DNA from: Candidatus Kaiserbacteria bacterium GW2011_GWA2_52_12
Lineage (GTDB): Bacteria > Patescibacteriota > Minisyncoccia > Phycocordibacterales > UBA2100
Assembly (NCBI GenBank): GCA_001004345.1
Contig: LCQW01000001.1
Coordinates: 1-63,676, forward strand
Reading direction: 5' to 3'
Length of the DNA stretch: 63,676 bases
Part shown: positions 43,383-51,258 of the stretch, one piece after another
Layout: each line of letters starts with the position of its first letter
How positions within the stretch are numbered: position 1 is the first letter of the stretch
Notes under the pieces: generated by a model
Databases searched by the model: none
The model's input: only the letters and a program-made list of their open reading frames with translations
What the model was told of the DNA's origin: nothing
Made by a program: the position numbers and the translations under genes

Positions 43383-44063
43383 ATGAAGAAAATACTGAAT
43401 CCAAACCATACGATGGTACCGAAGAATTTTTGTCGGCTTCCCGATGAGTATGGGATCATCAAGATAGGCGTCGCCGGTGCCGCTGACACGGGCCATTGCG
43501 GGCTCGATGCATTCGAGAAAGCAAAAGAAACGGGTCGGGAGATCGCGCGACAGGGCGCGATCGTCGTGACGGGTGCCACGACCGGATTCCCGATGTATGC
43601 GGCGATGGGTGCAAAAGACGAGTGCGGTTTCTCGATAGGATTTTCACCGGCTGCGAATGACCGCGAGCACACCGAAGTCTATGGTCTCCCGCTCGATTTC
43701 ATGGATGTTGTCGTGTACACCGGCTTTGGGTACGCCGGACGAGACCTCCTTTTTACCCGCTCGGTAGACGCCATGATCATCGGCTGCGGGCGCATCGGCA
43801 CGATGAATGAATTCGCCGTCGCATTTGAAGACCGTCGGCCCATAGGTATTTTGGAAGGAAGCTGGAAGACCGACGAACTGTTGCGGAAAATCATCGAAGA
43901 AGCACATCGTCCGAATGAAAAAATTGTCTTTGATCCCGATCCAAAAAAACTCGTCGAGAAGTTGATCGCGCTCATACAAAAAGACAAAGCAGGACTGCGT
44001 CTTGTCTACAACAATCACGACAGCCGCAGCGGCACGGGCAAGAACGTCGAGATGGTGCAGTAA
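43383..44063 (+). CDS. TIGR00725/LOG-like Rossmann-fold protein
   Basis: IGVAGAADTG...GAIVVTGATTGFPMYAAMGA...GCGRIGTMNEFAVAF resembles the LOG/lysine-decarboxylase-like family. Confidence 0.5.
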   Translation: MKKILNPNHTMVPKNFCRLPDEYGIIKIGVAGAADTGHCGLDAFEKAKETGREIARQGAIVVTGATTGFPMYAAMGAKDECGFSIGFSPAANDREHTEVYGLPLDFMDVVVYTGFGYAGRDLLFTRSVDAMIIGCGRIGTMNEFAVAFEDRRPIGILEGSWKTDELLRKIIEEAHRPNEKIVFDPDPKKLVEKLIALIQKDKAGLRLVYNNHDSRSGTGKNVEMVQ

Positions 44064-44082
44064 TTGGCGCTATACTTACGGT

Positions 44083-44154
44083 GGCCCGGTGGCAGAAGAG
44101 CGATGCACAGGATTGCAACTCCTGATATGCCGGTGACGACTCCGGCTCGGGCCT
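44083..44154 (+). tRNA. Candidate tRNA-Cys(GCA) with 3-bp D-stem and aberrant 8-nt T-loop lacking TTC (possibly a pseudo-tRNA)
   Basis: 7-bp acceptor GGCCCGG/TCGGGCC (one G-U); anticodon arm CAGGA-TTGCAAC-TCCTG; T-arm GCCGG-TGACGACT-CCGGC; discriminator T as in tRNA-Cys. A hairpin with a T-run follows at 44164-44185. Confidence 0.5.
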
Positions 44155-44163
44155 TCATTCACG

Positions 44164-44185
44164 AAAACCCCCAGTCGGGGGTTTT
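44164..44185. terminator. Bidirectional terminator shared by the candidate tRNA-Cys (+) and rplT (-)
   Basis: AAAACCCCCagtcGGGGGTTTT. Confidence 0.65.
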
Positions 44186-44531
44186 ACTTTTTCAAACTTT
44201 TTGTGAGACGCACAAATACCTCGGGGTGATCTTTGGCGAGAGCAGAGAGCACTTTGCGGTCGAGGGCGATGTTGGCTTTCTTGAGAGCGTCGATGAACCT
44301 TGAGTACGACATGCCGCCCCCGCGCGCTGCCGCGTTGATGCGGATTGTCCAGAGGTAGCGGAACTCGCGCTTCTTGGTGCGGCGATGCCTGAATGCGTGT
44401 ACGCCGGCATGATGAATGGCCTCCTTGGCCACGCGCTCTTTGCGCGAGCGATCAAAACGATAGCCCTTGGTCTGTGCAAGGATATTCTTGCGGCGTTTAT
44501 TCTTCTGTACTCCTCGTTTGACTCGCGACAT
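44184..44531 (-). CDS. rplT: 50S ribosomal protein L20
   Basis: MSRVKRGVQKNKRRKNILAQTKGYR typical L20 N-terminus. Confidence 0.95.
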   Translation of the reverse strand: MSRVKRGVQKNKRRKNILAQTKGYRFDRSRKERVAKEAIHHAGVHAFRHRRTKKREFRYLWTIRINAAARGGGMSYSRFIDALKKANIALDRKVLSALAKDHPEVFVRLTKSLKK

Positions 44532-44583
44532 AAAATTTATTTATAGTGACTTGTAGTGAGTGTAATCGAACTGGCTTGTCGAA

Positions 44584-44769
44584 CTATGAAAGGAAACGGC
44601 TTTTGTCGGCGGCGGTCATGATGCCGTGAAAGGTCACGGAACGGTTCTTGTGCTGTTTTTCACCGCCGCTTCGCTTTGCGTTGAAATGGTTGTGGCCTGG
44701 CACGCGGGCAATGATCTTGCCCTTTTTGGTGACGCGCAACCGCTTTGAGAATGATTTGTTACTTTTCAT
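44584..44769 (-). CDS. rpmI: 50S ribosomal protein L35
   Basis: MKSNKSFSKRLRVTKKGKIIARVPGHNHFNAKRSG typical L35. Confidence 0.9.
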   Translation of the reverse strand: MKSNKSFSKRLRVTKKGKIIARVPGHNHFNAKRSGGEKQHKNRSVTFHGIMTAADKSRFLS

Positions 44770-45373
44770 GAGGCGATTGAGATCCGACTACCTTTTTAGG
44801 AGGCACTGCGCCCTGCGAAGCCTTGTGCGAAATAGGGTCTCGCTCAAGGACGACCGAGAGGCCCTTGGGGCTCTTCTTGATCTCGTCAGCGATTTTATAC
44901 GATTCGGGGATTATTGCAAGAAAACGAGCTAAGCGCTCCTTGAGGAAGTTGAACTCCATATACTTGTAGCGGCCCCACAAAAAGAGGTCGATCTTGACCC
45001 GGTGTCCCTCACGGAGCCATACGCCGATCTTTGATGCTTTGATATGCATGTCGTGGTCTGACGTCCCGATCTTCACTTGCGCCTCTTTTGTCTCGGTGAC
45101 GTGCGCCTTCGACTTCACCTCCTTGTCCTTTTTCTTTTGTTCATACTTGAATTTGCCGTAATCGGTGATTTTTGCGACCGGCGGATTGGCGTTGGGGGAT
45201 ATTTCTATGAGATCAAGCTTGAATTCTTGCGCCTTCGCGAGAGCATCGCGTAGCGAAATAACGCCGAAGTTCTCTCCGGTCGGTCCTATGACGCGCATCT
45301 CCTTGGCTCGTATGCCTTCGTTCATGCGGACGCGCTCTTTCTCCGCTTGCGATGTGTATTTGGTGAATCCCAT
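44759..45373 (-). CDS. infC: Translation initiation factor IF-3 (C-terminal extension; start codon uncertain)
   Basis: INEGIRAKEMRVIGPTGENFGVISLRDALAKAQEFKLDLIEISPNANPPVAKI.DYGKFKYE typical IF-3. The true start may be ATG 45325 or a non-canonical codon. Confidence 0.85.
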   Translation of the reverse strand: MGFTKYTSQAEKERVRMNEGIRAKEMRVIGPTGENFGVISLRDALAKAQEFKLDLIEISPNANPPVAKITDYGKFKYEQKKKDKEVKSKAHVTETKEAQVKIGTSDHDMHIKASKIGVWLREGHRVKIDLFLWGRYKYMEFNFLKERLARFLAIIPESYKIADEIKKSPKGLSVVLERDPISHKASQGAVPPKKVVGSQSPHEK

Positions 45374-45539
45374 TTGTTCTCGATTCGCGCATGCGGCGCG
45401 TTTCGTCGTTGCGGGATTCTCGCTTTGTCGTCATCGTAGATTACTACGACTCCGACTCCGCTTAGCCCGCGCCTAGAAATGCATCCACCTGCGCGAATCT
45501 TGTTGCGACACTATACCACAATCGCTCTTTCCATTCCAT

Positions 45540-47057
45540 CTATGTTTGTCGCGGAGCGCCCCCGAACGGTTGCAAATAATGCAGTACCTGGACCAACACA
45601 TCGCGTAGTTGTGTGAGTATCCTTTGGAACGTAGAGAGCTGTTGCGGAGAGTAGGAAGACAATGCCGAATTCGGACCCGCGTCTGTTGGTCGCAGGTTAT
45701 TTGACGTGAACGTCTGTGTGGGTATGTAGGCGGGAAGCTGCGTGCTGGTGGAGGTGATGGCGACCGTGCCCGTTGAGCTCGTTGTGCGGTTCTGTGTTGT
45801 GATATTCGACGCATTTACATTTGAATTGAGTGCGGCCGGACCGGTCGTTCCGTTCGTAAACACAACGCCGGTCGTACTGGCCCCATACCCGGCGAGCTGC
45901 TCTATCATTTCGAGTGCTGAGATGCCGCCGCTTGTGCTTGCATTTCCGTTGGTATTTTGGGTGTATAGATACAAGCCCGATGTTTGACCGGTCGTATTGG
46001 ATGAATTAGACGAATTATTTGATGCGGAATTGGCGAGAGTGTTGAGCGACGTGCCGGAAGTATTATTCCCGGAGTTGGCGTTGACCGTAGTATTGCCGGA
46101 AGCGGTTGTTCGCGTTTGGGTGCCTGATGTTGCGCTGGTCCCGGTCGTATATGTGCCAGTCGTAGGGTCGTACGTGGTCGATTGCGTGTACGTAAATGGT
46201 TGCTGCGTTTGCGGCAGCGGCTGCTGCTGATACGGTTGTTGTTGAGTAGGTTGCTGTGATGCCTGGAGCAAATACGGGGCGGCCGTCAATAAACCGCGAA
46301 GTGCGTTCGTAATACCGGACGATGGTGCGCCCGAGTATCCAATGCCGGCGTTTGTCGCCGGTGTTATGGGAGTGAACGGAAGTCCGTTGCAGGGCTTGGT
46401 GACACCTTGCCGTGCGCACATCGCCGCTTCACCTGTGCCGCTTCCAGCGAGCGTCATGTGTGGATTATCACCACCGAGATATGGAAAACAGACACCGAAT
46501 CGCGGATTTGCCCGCGCAAAATCCCACATCGATTCATACGAACTGCGCAAAGGATTTACGTCGATGGCGAGTCCGAGCATATGGTTGGAACCGCCTGCCC
46601 CGCCTGCCCGTCCATTTTCAGTGCGATCACATTGAATGACCGTGGGTGTCTTTGGACCGCATCGAAATGTCGATGACATACTCACGGGACCATATTTAGC
46701 TTGATACGCTTTGAAAAAATCCGCCGCACAGATTGCAAATGTATTATCGAGTTTGTCGATGTGGGCTTTATCGGGCAACGCTTGGCATGCACCGACGCAT
46801 TTATTCGGCAAGTTATTGAGATACTCTTTTGCCACTCCGGCTGCATTGCTGATACCGAGTGTCGCGTCGCTCCCGCATACTTGCGTCACGCCTGCGATGA
46901 TGCCCTCTCCCACAGCGTTCACCTCCTGCTGCGTTGCGGGGTGAGACATTCCACCGGCCGCACACCGGAATGCTATTTCAGCATGTGAAAGGGTAGGAAT
47001 TGCAGCCAAAAAAACAATCACAATGATTATACTTTGTTCATGGAGCGATGTCCGCAT
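45540..47057 (-). CDS. Secreted peptidase M15-like (DD-/LD-carboxypeptidase, Hedgehog/VanY zinc fold) with ~250-aa Gln/Thr/Ser/Asn-rich C-terminal tail
   Basis: Signal peptide from ATG 47057, then GGSNHMLGLAIDV (SxHxxGxAxD-like) and GGDNPHMTL (DxxH-like). The tail is low-complexity (TYTTGTSATSGTQT...NNSSNSSNTTGQTSG...). Confidence 0.6.
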   Translation of the reverse strand: MRTSLHEQSIIIVIVFLAAIPTLSHAEIAFRCAAGGMSHPATQQEVNAVGEGIIAGVTQVCGSDATLGISNAAGVAKEYLNNLPNKCVGACQALPDKAHIDKLDNTFAICAADFFKAYQAKYGPVSMSSTFRCGPKTPTVIQCDRTENGRAGGAGGSNHMLGLAIDVNPLRSSYESMWDFARANPRFGVCFPYLGGDNPHMTLAGSGTGEAAMCARQGVTKPCNGLPFTPITPATNAGIGYSGAPSSGITNALRGLLTAAPYLLQASQQPTQQQPYQQQPLPQTQQPFTYTQSTTYDPTTGTYTTGTSATSGTQTRTTASGNTTVNANSGNNTSGTSLNTLANSASNNSSNSSNTTGQTSGLYLYTQNTNGNASTSGGISALEMIEQLAGYGASTTGVVFTNGTTGPAALNSNVNASNITTQNRTTSSTGTVAITSTSTQLPAYIPTQTFTSNNLRPTDAGPNSALSSYSPQQLSTFQRILTQLRDVLVQVLHYLQPFGGAPRQT

Positions 47058-47192
47058 GTATGTGAAGTATACAAGAAAAAACCTCCGGTTGCGCAGGCGT
47101 TTGAAGTAGTCATCGCAGACAAATTGTGATTCTGCCAGGCAGGCGTATAGTGAAATGAGTACATAATCAACCAAACGAAAAGGGAGGCAGCG

Positions 47193-48020
47193 ATGATGGT
47201 ATCAATGCGACATGTCGTCGGCCTCCTTCTGGGAGCGCTGATCACCATCTATGCAACATCTGCCGACGCGAAGCGATCCGAGGAAGTAAAGCAGCGAGAC
47301 GAAATTGAGCGAATTGCGGAAGAGCAAAAAAAGTATGAAGAGTGCGTGCTTGAGACGCAGATAATTGCTGGCACATATTTCGCGGACCAAACCGCGCGTT
47401 CCGGGCGTACTTCGGACATCGATGAATATTTGTTTCTTATATATTTGCGCACCACCAAGTTTGACGGCAAATGTTTCGCGCACAAGGATCCTCAAGCTGC
47501 AGAAAGGCGCAAGATGACATTGCCACAATATACAATTGGCGGGGTTCACCCTGTTTTTAAAGAACGCCTGGTCAGGCTTTGTAAAAAACTGGAAACCGAA
47601 GGTTTTTTGTGCGGCATCACGAGTCCGTTTCGCGATGACTATCGGCAAAAAATCTCGGAAGGTTTCAGGGCGGGTAACTGCAATTCGTATCACGGCGGCA
47701 GCTGTCGAACCAAAGGATGGGGGGATGGCCGCGCGGTCGATATGGTCAATATATCTTCTATAACAGCCACGAAAAAAGAGCGTGTGGCCAATAACATAAA
47801 ATTGTGGGCTCGCATCGATGAACTCGAAAAAGAATTTCTGATATATCGGCCGATGCCGGATCGCGATCCCATGCACATTCAGCCGCGCGGCACGCTTGAA
47901 GCCGTCGCTGGTTTGCGCGAGGAAATGCAAAAATCCGTTGAGGTCGAGAAAAGGAAAGAAGACGTCTCTGGACACGGAAAGAAAAAGAGGCACATCAAGA
48001 AAAAAACGAAAAAGAGATGA
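47193..48020 (+). CDS. Secreted peptidase M15A-like protein with Lys-rich C-terminus
   Basis: Signal peptide LLLGALITIYATSADA, then NSYHGG...GDGRAVDM and DPMHIQP zinc-ligand-like motifs. A GGGAGG SD lies upstream. Confidence 0.5.
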   Translation: MMVSMRHVVGLLLGALITIYATSADAKRSEEVKQRDEIERIAEEQKKYEECVLETQIIAGTYFADQTARSGRTSDIDEYLFLIYLRTTKFDGKCFAHKDPQAAERRKMTLPQYTIGGVHPVFKERLVRLCKKLETEGFLCGITSPFRDDYRQKISEGFRAGNCNSYHGGSCRTKGWGDGRAVDMVNISSITATKKERVANNIKLWARIDELEKEFLIYRPMPDRDPMHIQPRGTLEAVAGLREEMQKSVEVEKRKEDVSGHGKKKRHIKKKTKKR

Positions 48021-48052
48021 TGGCGATGATTGCATCGCACGTCGTCGGGTCG

Positions 48053-48073
48053 GCCCGCGGCTATGCCGCGGGC
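48053..48073 (+). terminator. GC-rich hairpin after the M15A-like gene
   Basis: GCCCGCGGCtatGCCGCGGGC followed by ATCTTT. Confidence 0.45.
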
Positions 48074-48161
48074 ATCTTTCGTGCGACCTGTGCATTTCTC
48101 CCGTAAGGTGTCTTGCGAGCTGCTATAATTACAAAATACTAGCTAACGACATTATTGATGT

Positions 48162-48584
48162 ATGAGACGACAGTGGCTTCACGACATGGCCAAGTTTGGT
48201 GCAGGGCTTATTGCGGCTGACTTTATTACGATGTGGTGGCTTTCAATGCAGCACACGCTGCCGAAGGTCTTCCTCGGGCTTTCCATTACAAGCGATATGC
48301 TCGTGCCAGCGATGGTGGTGGATATTTTCATCCTCCTTATTCTTGTGCATTACGGTTGGAATATCGGACGCATCCCGCAGATAAAGGAGCGGATGTACCT
48401 GACCGCCGCCGGTGCCATCTTCACGGTTATTTTGCTCGGACACCTCGCGCACGTGCTGTATTCGGGCGACATTTCGATCCTCGGGTGGGACGTGCCGGTT
48501 TTCCTCTCATGGCTCGGTGTATTGGTCGCTGGTTATCTGGCGTATGCCAGCTTCCACTTTGCGATGCGAATGAAGGGCAGGTAG
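48162..48584 (+). CDS. Integral membrane protein (4 TM), unknown function
   Basis: Hydrophobic 140-aa ORF. Confidence 0.5.
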   Translation: MRRQWLHDMAKFGAGLIAADFITMWWLSMQHTLPKVFLGLSITSDMLVPAMVVDIFILLILVHYGWNIGRIPQIKERMYLTAAGAIFTVILLGHLAHVLYSGDISILGWDVPVFLSWLGVLVAGYLAYASFHFAMRMKGR

Positions 48585-48728
48585 TTCTTCCGCCCATCGA
48601 ACACAAAGCGCCCCGATCGGGGCGCTTTGTGCATAGGCAGGTCAGACTTTCTTGAACTTCTGGAATGGTGGTTGAGTTGTGCACCTCGACCTCTCGACGC
48701 CATTATGAGGCGGCGAGATACTGTACGC

Positions 48729-49286
48729 ATGTCATACATTACTATTGAAGAATCATCATTATCACATTTCCTTAAGAACGATACGCGCATCGCCGTTTTA
48801 TGGCTCGTCGTCCGCGTCTATCTCGGATGGGAGTGGCTACAGGCAGGATGGGGTAAGTTCAACAATCCCGCATGGATAGGCGACAACATCGGCCAGGGCA
48901 TCGGCGGCTTTGTCCAAAACGCCCTCAAGAAAACGGCCGACGCGTGCGCGCCGGCGCCGGCAGTATGTCATGCCGACGTCCAGAGCTGGTACGCGGCGTT
49001 CCTTCAGACTTTCGTCCAGCCATATCCGGAGCTTTGGTCGTACCTCATCACGTTCGGTGAAATTGCCGTAGGTATTGGTCTGATTGTCGGCTGTCTCACG
49101 GGGCTCGCGGCGTTCTTCGGCTTCACGATGAACCTTAATTTCATGCTCGCCGGCACGGTGAGTACCAATCCCATCATGATGGTGCTCGCTATCCTCCTCG
49201 TCTGCTCGTGGCGCGTGGCGGGCTATTGGGGATTGGACCAGTATGTTCTTCCGGTTGTATTTCGTAAGCGGTATTTGAAGAGGTAG
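48729..49286 (+). CDS. DoxX-family membrane protein
   Basis: VVRVYLGWEWLQAGWGK...FGEIAVGIGLIVG..TGLAAFFGFTMNLNFMLAG resembles the DoxX/DoxD family. Confidence 0.6.
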   Translation: MSYITIEESSLSHFLKNDTRIAVLWLVVRVYLGWEWLQAGWGKFNNPAWIGDNIGQGIGGFVQNALKKTADACAPAPAVCHADVQSWYAAFLQTFVQPYPELWSYLITFGEIAVGIGLIVGCLTGLAAFFGFTMNLNFMLAGTVSTNPIMMVLAILLVCSWRVAGYWGLDQYVLPVVFRKRYLKR

Positions 49287-49384
49287 CATAACGACTTACG
49301 ATGTCGTTATACAAGGACAAACAAATAGACTAAAAAAGAGTCTCCTATATACTGCAGCAGGGAATTCAAAAGAGGAGATGCGTC

Positions 49385-49681
49385 GTGCCCGAAGTGTTCG
49401 TCAAAGAACTCAATGCGACATTCTATCAGTTGCCGGAACAGTGGATACAAAAACTTGTCGACATGCCGGAAACGGCGATGGGATATCAACTCGTCGACAT
49501 CTTTTTGAAAGATGGGACAGTGATCGAGGGAGCTTGGATAGGGAATTGTCAGTACGTCGTACCCGGATATGGCCGCGAATCGTATCCTCCGTTCACGGAT
49601 GACGATATCGCCGACATCAAAATGAATCCTGCCGGTATCCGGCACGCTGGACCAAAAATCCAACTCAACCGTTCTCCATGA
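49385..49681 (+). CDS. Hypothetical protein (98 aa)
   Basis: ORF only; no motif recognised. Confidence 0.4.
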   Translation: MPEVFVKELNATFYQLPEQWIQKLVDMPETAMGYQLVDIFLKDGTVIEGAWIGNCQYVVPGYGRESYPPFTDDDIADIKMNPAGIRHAGPKIQLNRSP

Positions 49682-49699
49682 ACGGTTTTGTTTTTGAGG

Positions 49700-49730
49700 A
49701 AATGGTGTCAGAAATGGTGTCAGGAACCTT
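49700..49730 (+). repeat. Tandem AAATGGTGTCAG x2; the second copy extends to GGTGTCAGGAACCTT, also found at 39532-39546
   Basis: Direct reading: 49700-49711 and 49712-49723 are identical. The 15-mer 49716-49730 equals 39532-39546. Confidence 0.8.
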
Positions 49731-49795
49731 ATACGAAACAATCGGGTGGGGGAATCGCCCCCGCTCCGCTGAGGCTTCGCGGGGCACAGCCGCGA

Positions 49796-49832
49796 CTGAA
49801 CAATCCTCGCCTGCAAGGCGAGGGTTGTTCAG
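49796..49832. other. 16-bp hairpin within a GC-rich non-coding stretch next to a GIY-YIG gene remnant
   Basis: CTGAACAATCCTCGCC-tgcaa-GGCGAGGGTTGTTCAG (one G-U). Confidence 0.7.
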
Positions 49833-49983
49833 ACTTTCGAGTATGTAAACGTAGAACATGTTTACCCCACGTCGTTCGCTATCGCGAGCTATGGGGGGTT
49901 CACCACTTTACTTCGTCACACTTCGCTTGTTAAGCTTCGCGCGATTCGTATCGCAATGCTCGCAAGTGCGCGCACCGCGAAGC

Positions 49984-50010
49984 AAAAGAGCTCCCATAGG
50001 GAGCTCTTTT
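49984..50010 (-). terminator. Rho-independent terminator of ssrA
   Basis: AAAAGAGCTCCCataGGGAGCTCTTTT, 6 nt after the tmRNA 3' CCA. Confidence 0.8.
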
Positions 50011-50016
50011 GCGAAG

Positions 50017-50407
50017 TGGTGGAGGTGGGGAGAATCGAACTCCCGTCCAAAGAAAAGTAAGTGTATGTGTCTACGAGGCGTAGGACATCTGATTTTGTTT
50101 AAGAACGTTGCATATGAGATGAACAGAAACACAACATCCCGATTCCGAAGTCTTAGATGCATAGTGGACGCTATTCATCAGTGCTTGAAATTTTTTACGC
50201 CCAGCCACGCTTGATCAAGCGTCGACGTGGTGGACGGAACTTAGGCTATAAGAGCGTAAGCTGGCTGCAGGTCTGCCAATTGAATTGGCGAGAGCACTGC
50301 CCGTGCTACTTTGTTCGCACTTAGGTTTTTTGAGCATTTTGAGAGAGGTGCTCACTCTCGCCGCGCGCATACATATACCGATTTCCTTGTCGAAGCCAGT
50401 CACCCCC
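50017..50407 (-). ncRNA. ssrA: tmRNA (transfer-messenger RNA)
   Basis: 5' GGGGGTGACTGGCTTCGACAAGG...; 3' T-arm GGGAGTTCGATTCTCCC plus CACCTCCACCA. The acceptor stem has a G3-U pair. An internal tag ORF ends ...CAGCCAGCTTACGCTCTTATAGCCTAA. The gene lies adjacent to smpB. Confidence 0.9.
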
Positions 50408-50463
50408 GAGGAATAGGGATTAGGTACCCAATCTCTACTTTTCACGAGTGGCTGGCAATTTTG

Positions 50464-50672
50464 TATTGAGTGTCGAAATGTGGACGGAATCCCGTATCGC
50501 CGAACATCTCGTCGGCGTTCAGTCCGCGGTTGAGAAGAATTTTTCTTTCCGGCACAACCGAAGGCTGTGCCAGTATTTCATCCAGGGACAATTCTTTATC
50601 CCCGGGTTCTCGACGTCGCTTCCCCGACATTGTGGCATCCTCCATTTGTTGGCCACATTTCGACACTCAATA
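50464..50672. repeat. 209-bp unit bounded by a perfect 20-bp inverted repeat (MITE-like or long-range stem)
   Basis: TATTGAGTGTCGAAATGTGG (50464-83) and its exact reverse complement at 50653-72. Confidence 0.85.
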
Positions 50673-50711
50673 TTATATAGTTTCGTGCGATGAGATGTCA
50701 TCTCATCGACA

Positions 50712-51155
50712 CTACTTCGTTTTCAAAGTTCTCTGAATTCTTCGCTTTTCCTCGCGGGCGCGGATGGAATAACGTTTGTCTTCCTTTTTCTTTCCACGCA
50801 CGATCGCGATGCCAAGCTTCAAATTCCGATTTCCATTATACACCGATAAAGGCACAATTGTCAAGCCTTTTTCACCCTCTGCGGAGGCTATATGGGCGAT
50901 TTCCTTGGTATTCAGCAGTAGTCTTCGGGTCCTTTCAGGATCATAGGATTTTGGGGCATTTTTTACCTGCCACGGGGGAATGGTGGCGCCCACGAGGTAG
51001 GCTTCACCGCCACGTGCCACGACGCGCGCGCCTTTGAGCGAGCCGAGGCCCGCACGGAGCGATTTCACCTCAAACCCGAGCAATTCCAAACCCGCCTCCA
51101 TTGTCTCGAGGATGGTGTAGTCGAATCCCACGCGTTTGTTCTCAATGAGTGACAT
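50712..51155 (-). CDS. smpB: SsrA-binding protein SmpB
   Basis: IENKRVGFDYTILETMEAGLELLGFEVKSLR...GKKKEDKR typical SmpB. The start is set at ATG 51155. Confidence 0.9.
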   Translation of the reverse strand: MSLIENKRVGFDYTILETMEAGLELLGFEVKSLRAGLGSLKGARVVARGGEAYLVGATIPPWQVKNAPKSYDPERTRRLLLNTKEIAHIASAEGEKGLTIVPLSVYNGNRNLKLGIAIVRGKKKEDKRYSIRAREEKRRIQRTLKTK

Positions 51156-51258
51156 GTCCACACATATTGACTCATTTATACACTTCACTCAATCGACCCT
51201 CGTGCGTGGGTGCTACCCTGAATGGAGGCTCATTCACATTGGAAAATAGTGAAGGGAG

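Noticed and set aside
44064-44303. 79-aa plus-strand ORF
   Set aside because: It spans the candidate tRNA-Cys, the bidirectional terminator and the antisense of rplT.
47202-48095. 297-aa minus-strand ORF
   Set aside because: It is antisense to the SD-preceded, signal-peptide-bearing M15A-like gene. Its composition is Arg/Phe-rich, typical of shadow frames.
49716-49730. GGTGTCAGGAACC resembling the SRP RNA helix-8 GGUCAGGUCCGGAAGG motif
   Set aside because: The GGAA/AGCAG symmetric-loop partner and the closing helix are absent, so it is not an SRP RNA.
49767-49778. 12-mer CGCTGAGGCTTC shared with 63497-63508
   Set aside because: By rough estimate, hundreds of 12-mer coincidences are expected by chance in a 64-kb window on both strands. 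It is not treated as a repeat.
49307-49816. 169-aa minus-strand ORF
   Set aside because: It runs antisense through the 98-aa plus-strand ORF and the repeat and hairpin patch. It has no start signals, and its composition is dictated by the GC-rich hairpins.
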